DNA of 64,000 nucleotides from positions 2,592,001 through 2,656,000 of the forward strand of contig OZ244048.1 in assembly GCA_965215265.1 (NCBI GenBank), read 5' to 3'. This document shows, piece after piece, positions 60,701-64,000 of the stretch; position 1 is the first letter of the stretch, and every line of letters begins with the position of its first letter. Origin of the DNA: Candidatus Poribacteria bacterium. GTDB lineage: Bacteria > Poribacteria > WGA-4E > WGA-3G. The notes below the pieces were generated by a model. That model had not been told where the DNA came from. It saw nothing but the letters and a program-made list of their open reading frames with translations, and made no database searches. The position numbers and the translations under genes were made by a program.

Positions 60701-62160
60701 CGTGTTTCAAATTCAAAATTGGTGCGGGTATATGGTGCGTAAATGCGGATGTAATGCAGCAATGCCTTAATGTTGCTCTGTTTCAGTACAAGTTTGCGGC
60801 GCCGGCGTTTTGCAGACCTTAGCGGTAGCCTCGCGAGTGCCTGAATTGCCAGATCCAGTAAACGCATACGCCCATCCAGCTTCCGTTGAAATTCTTCTAA
60901 ACTCGGGTATTGCCAGACAGGGACTTGAATCGGTTTTCCCCCATTTTTATCTGCATCGAGCATTGGATATTTTACAAAATAGTCGTAAGTTGCATCAACA
61001 ATACCACGAAAATAGAGCGGATTTTGTGTGCCTGTAGCGACATGATAGACTTCAATGTCGCCGTGTCGCGCGGTTGCTTCTGCAGCGGCCAAGATAGCAT
61101 TTACAACGAAATCAACTGGGATTATGTCCAAGATAATATCCGGATCTGCTGGAAAATCAGGAAGTCGTCCCTTGGCAAAACCGACGATAAGCGGCTCGGA
61201 CATCCGAAATTTACCGAGCCATCCTGCTACCGGTTCGGCAAAGCTACTCTCAATAATAGATGGGCGGATAATCGCAGTCGGGAGTTCGCCGCGCAATTCC
61301 ATAATCATCTGCTCAGCGAGGAATTTCATATAGGTATAAGTATCGTTCCATCCACGCGAGCGTGCATGACTAAGTCCTGCTTCAACCAAGCGCGCCTCAA
61401 GCCAGTCTGTTTGTGCTTTTTTGATAACCGCATCCGTTCTCTTACGGCTCCCCTGCGTATTCTGTTGCGCTTGCTGCTCAAATTGTGCAAGTCTTTCGGG
61501 GGTGTTTGCCTCAGCATGGATGGCGTCGCTTCGTGCAAGTAATGCGTCTATTTCCTCGGTGAGCGTCTGCGGAATCGCGTTTCCGGTCTTTTCGAGATGC
61601 TGTTGGGCGTAACGTTCATACGGCAGATGTAGGGTTTCGGGAACTGGACCGGGGTTATCGCCACAGACATAGGCTGTTGAAACATGCAAGAAGACAGCAT
61701 TCTGACATCCCTTTGCAAACGTTACAACGTGTTTGGCGGCAAGTGCATTGCCTCTCAGGGATTCATCAAACGGCGGATCAAATTGAACAAGCCCGGCGAT
61801 GTTAATAAAAATCTGCACTTCGTTCTGGAGCTGCTGGTATAGCTCATTGCTGAATCCGAGGTGTTCATCTGTTAATTCGCCCTCAACGGCGGTAATTTTT
61901 TGGCGTGCCCAATCGTCAAATTTGTCGCCGTGCCTACGGCGAAGGACGGCGAACACATCCGAAGTCAAAAGCTCATTATCTAAACGTTCCTGAGCAGAGG
62001 TCCGCTTTCCAGTGGAATCGGTTCTTCCGCGGATGAGCAGATAAATTTTTCCGACATCAGGCAGCGAAGTTAGAATTTTGGCAACCATGGGTTGACCTAA
62101 AAAGGCAGTCCCACCTGTAATGAGGAGAACCTTCCCACGAAAAAAATTGACTATTGACAT
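57787..62160 (-). CDS. ElbD-like multidomain enzyme: fatty acyl reductase + AMP-binding domain + ACP + PlsC-type acyltransferase
   Basis: ITGGTAFLG, HVSTAYV, YTYMK, RPSIIES, DIIPVD; QGYGMTE, GWLYTGDLG; DLGLDSL; NHTSHLD, FPEGTRS. Confidence 0.88.
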   Translation of the reverse strand: MSIVNFFRGKVLLITGGTAFLGQPMVAKILTSLPDVGKIYLLIRGRTDSTGKRTSAQERLDNELLTSDVFAVLRRRHGDKFDDWARQKITAVEGELTDEHLGFSNELYQQLQNEVQIFINIAGLVQFDPPFDESLRGNALAAKHVVTFAKGCQNAVFLHVSTAYVCGDNPGPVPETLHLPYERYAQQHLEKTGNAIPQTLTEEIDALLARSDAIHAEANTPERLAQFEQQAQQNTQGSRKRTDAVIKKAQTDWLEARLVEAGLSHARSRGWNDTYTYMKFLAEQMIMELRGELPTAIIRPSIIESSFAEPVAGWLGKFRMSEPLIVGFAKGRLPDFPADPDIILDIIPVDFVVNAILAAAEATARHGDIEVYHVATGTQNPLYFRGIVDATYDYFVKYPMLDADKNGGKPIQVPVWQYPSLEEFQRKLDGRMRLLDLAIQALARLPLRSAKRRRRKLVLKQSNIKALLHYIRIYAPYTRTNFEFETRKMQALYETLSPAEQQRFNFDVSQIHWKQYFHEIHIPGIKRHVLKLEESESSSATESKQSMADSEDEAEASTGRKAESGTITSPLKGDAENPIDCISPKTIVDLVKMQAQRIPDKTALEMLKDGKWEQYTYAETYTCSRHIAFQLWESGLRKGDRAVLVSENQPAWCIAYLAAVQIGVALVPLDAQTPVPEILAIAEFTQAKSILVSENVLALRGDALTKTNRRLQNINEMLAELGTPALQSTTSHDFPNVTVSPDTVASIIFTMGTTVDATGAMLTHGGFISNVRAVAKALPPTDTERILSALPLYHALSFSCSLLMAFYSGTTAIYVNALKPTTLLKTMREAKITAFIGVPRLYQMLQNTIERQAARDKNVDKPLAEKAKTIMGGDIRVLVSGGASLSDAVYDGFEKLGLTLYQGYGMTETAPVLSVNPYLKSKRGSVGPAVEGVELRIENPDSHGIGEIIAKGPSTMKGYYQNPAATDKTLRDGWLYTGDLGYMDAEGYLYITGHCKDIIVPTTGKNVYPIELEALYHNHPAISEICVVGIPDNDGTDTAIHAVVVPAPLAGTNDMQQGDATTEADILKYLQTRAKELPSYQQFHKIHFWKTGLPKTSDNVIDRQGVKTVLQAQLAAEAQRTPKSNQIPRTQNVAHSEIPEEILLPLARLARMPADQILPKSGLDTDLGLDSLMKLDLLLLLEGRVGQTIPDAMLANLQTVGDVVGLIQNFDAIATAENPGVDRTVFDGDAAATEIRQVPPWYARAFRAVISSIYKHYFSLECHGLEHIPHGQPYIITPNHTSHLDTLTVITALGPKAYQLWTLAARDYWFANRLQGWFAQNCLNALPIEREGNFTEFLQDLRIANEVMEQNNGLLIFPEGTRSVNGNLQPFKPGILSLLIYGPNVPIIPAYIEGTYDALPKGRNFPKKHPVRIVFGEPLTFDMQSGDVLMEPDRYQDFLELTQNRVAELAETLSKRS

Positions 62161-62297
62161 AATTTCCTTTTTATGTTACGATAGCTGCTTAGCACGTCAT
62201 AAAAACTGTGCATTGACAAATCGTGTTACAACAAACTTTAAATGTGCCTCTTGTTACGGATACTTTAACATATTTTCGATAAAAACTCAAGGGTTTA

Positions 62298-63476
62298 ATG
62301 AATATGTTAGTCGAAGACGATAAACTTAAATTTCTCCGGAAAACCGAACTTTTTTCTCAATTGCCGCAAACTGAATTAAAATTGATAAGCGATATCGCGC
62401 TTGAGGTAACATATCCGGCCGAACATACTTTGTTTGAAGAAGGGACTGAGGGTGATTCGCTCTATTTGTTAGTTCACGGGGAAGTGAGCATCATCAAAGC
62501 AGAAACCGAGGTATTGTGCTTTAATCAGCCTGGGTATTGCATTGGCGAGATCTCCCTGATAGATGATAAACCCCGAAGTGCGACGGTGAAAACGGTAAAG
62601 CGCACACAATTCCTTCGGATTACGCGGCACGATTTTTATCAAGCGATGTCCCGCGAACCATTGATTGGCAGCGGTATGTTCCGCGTGCTTAACGATAAAA
62701 TTCGCAGAGATCTTGAGATTCAGATGAGTGCTGTGCGTAAGGATATCGCGCTGGAAGAATCCATGCGGCTCGCCGCAGAAGTACAACAGTCAATCTTACC
62801 GAATAGGGAGATTGAGCTGCCTTATCTAACCTCTGCTGGCTATTGCCAACCTGCAAATAGTGTGGGTGGGGATTATTACGATTATCTTTACCTTCCTAAC
62901 GACCGGGTCGCAATCTTCATCGCTGATGTGATGGGGCATGGTTACCACTCAGCGATGCTCGCCGCTATGAGCAAAAGTTGTTTGCAAACCCAAATCCGCT
63001 TTGATGCCTCAGTTCCTGAGGTGATGAATGCGCTCAACCGCGTCGCTGCAGAAGATGCCTCTGCCTTTATATACATGACCTGCTGTTACGCTATCATTCA
63101 TCCGGATCGCCGGATTGAATTTGCTAATGCTGCTCATCCAGAGATGCTTCTTTTCCGACAAGATGAAATCCTTAAACTGAAATCGCAATTTATGCCGGTC
63201 GGGATATCGTTTGAAACTATGCGAACGCAATATTACAGCACAGAGATCTCGTGGTACCCCGGGGATATGTTAGTGCTTTATTCGGACGGTATCACAGAGG
63301 CTTTCAACCCGGCAACTGAAATGTATGGCATAGAACGTTTCAAAACGTGTCTGTCTGAAAAACGGCATCTATCACCTACTGAGATTAAGCGGGCTGTTTT
63401 GTCGGACCTGTCCTCGCACCAAAAAGGCGAACCGGCTGATGATGATATTGCCTTGATCATCGCAAAATTCCGTTAG
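62298..63476 (+). CDS. cyclic-nucleotide-binding domain + SpoIIE/PP2C phosphatase
   Basis: IGEISLIDDKPRSATV (cNMP), VGGDYYD, ADVMGHG, YSDGITEA, DDIALI. Confidence 0.93.
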   Translation: MNMLVEDDKLKFLRKTELFSQLPQTELKLISDIALEVTYPAEHTLFEEGTEGDSLYLLVHGEVSIIKAETEVLCFNQPGYCIGEISLIDDKPRSATVKTVKRTQFLRITRHDFYQAMSREPLIGSGMFRVLNDKIRRDLEIQMSAVRKDIALEESMRLAAEVQQSILPNREIELPYLTSAGYCQPANSVGGDYYDYLYLPNDRVAIFIADVMGHGYHSAMLAAMSKSCLQTQIRFDASVPEVMNALNRVAAEDASAFIYMTCCYAIIHPDRRIEFANAAHPEMLLFRQDEILKLKSQFMPVGISFETMRTQYYSTEISWYPGDMLVLYSDGITEAFNPATEMYGIERFKTCLSEKRHLSPTEIKRAVLSDLSSHQKGEPADDDIALIIAKFR

Positions 63477-63514
63477 GGTACGTGATGAGCGCCAAAATAT
63501 ATTTTCTCTCGTGC

Positions 63515-64000
63515 CTACAACTGGTTTACTGCGTAATGCAGAATGTTTTGCATCAACGCCTTATTTATTGTGGTTGTGTACTGACTGTCGTTGCGCAGGC
63601 TCGTAATAATGTATGTCCCTTTGCCATATCGGCGCGTGCCGACAACCAGTTCTTTACCGCCTATAGTCGTTGCCAAGACATCATCGCTCCGGCTCCAATC
63701 CATCCATGCATCATCAACATAGATTTGACCTGATTTAATTAGGTTCGGAGTTGTGAAGAGCGATTCCCCTTCTTGCGTTGCAACAAAATGCTGTGTTGGT
63801 GAGCTTTCAACGCCTGTGAGTTCGCCGTTTAGCCATCCGGTTCCACACGGCCGCTCCGGACTGCTGTCTTGCCCGGCAATGATAACGATGCCGCCTTTCT
63901 TAACGAATTTTTTTATTTTCTGCTCTGTTTCACGGGAGAGGAGGTAGCGTCCGTAACTTGAAATCTCCTCGTACCCGACCCATAAAACATCTGCTTCGTT
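63515..64000 (-). CDS. 3' part of a protein running off the window (glutamine-amidotransferase-like fold tail)
   Basis: Open frame from 64000: NEADVLWVGYEE...KKFVKKGGIVIIAGQD...YGKGTYIITSL...LMQNILHYA. Confidence 0.75.
   Translation of the reverse strand, partial: NEADVLWVGYEEISSYGRYLLSRETEQKIKKFVKKGGIVIIAGQDSSPERPCGTGWLNGELTGVESSPTQHFVATQEGESLFTTPNLIKSGQIYVDDAWMDWSRSDDVLATTIGGKELVVGTRRYGKGTYIITSLRNDSQYTTTINKALMQNILHYAVNQL

Overview
Bacterial chromosomal window, mostly housekeeping and sugar-catabolic genes mixed with secreted repeat proteins. An LRR/dockerin protein ending ...LLPNYPNPFNPETWIPY...ATRKMLIRK, a signal-peptide WD40 protein starting AQDYTQWHLPKGAQARLGKG, a PhyH enzyme and TPR proteins point to Candidatus Poribacteria or a similar sponge symbiont (inference). 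Recognisable genes: glyA-folC-hppA, ilvD, dusB-dapF-dapA, alr, potBC, nuoABC, dgoD. No rRNA, tRNA, cas or transposase genes were seen. Highlights: (1) a 2456-aa membrane protein with an apparently inactive M28-peptidase fold, nested LysM and Ca-binding inserts and an FtsX/MacB permease end; (2) an ElbD-like reductase-adenylation-ACP-acyltransferase fusion plus HAD phosphatase, with degenerate adenylation motifs; (3) an orphan hsdS with two ~97% identical TRDs; (4) an island with an MTase relic, an intact orphan MTase, a two-repeat CRISPR-like unit, two 'FGDIPEV' paralogues and a secreted gene frameshifted in an A8 tract; (5) a dispersed 65-bp intergenic element in 3-4 copies; (6) a candidate Ile/Leu/Val attenuator before ilvD. 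All calls were made by eye, without database searches.
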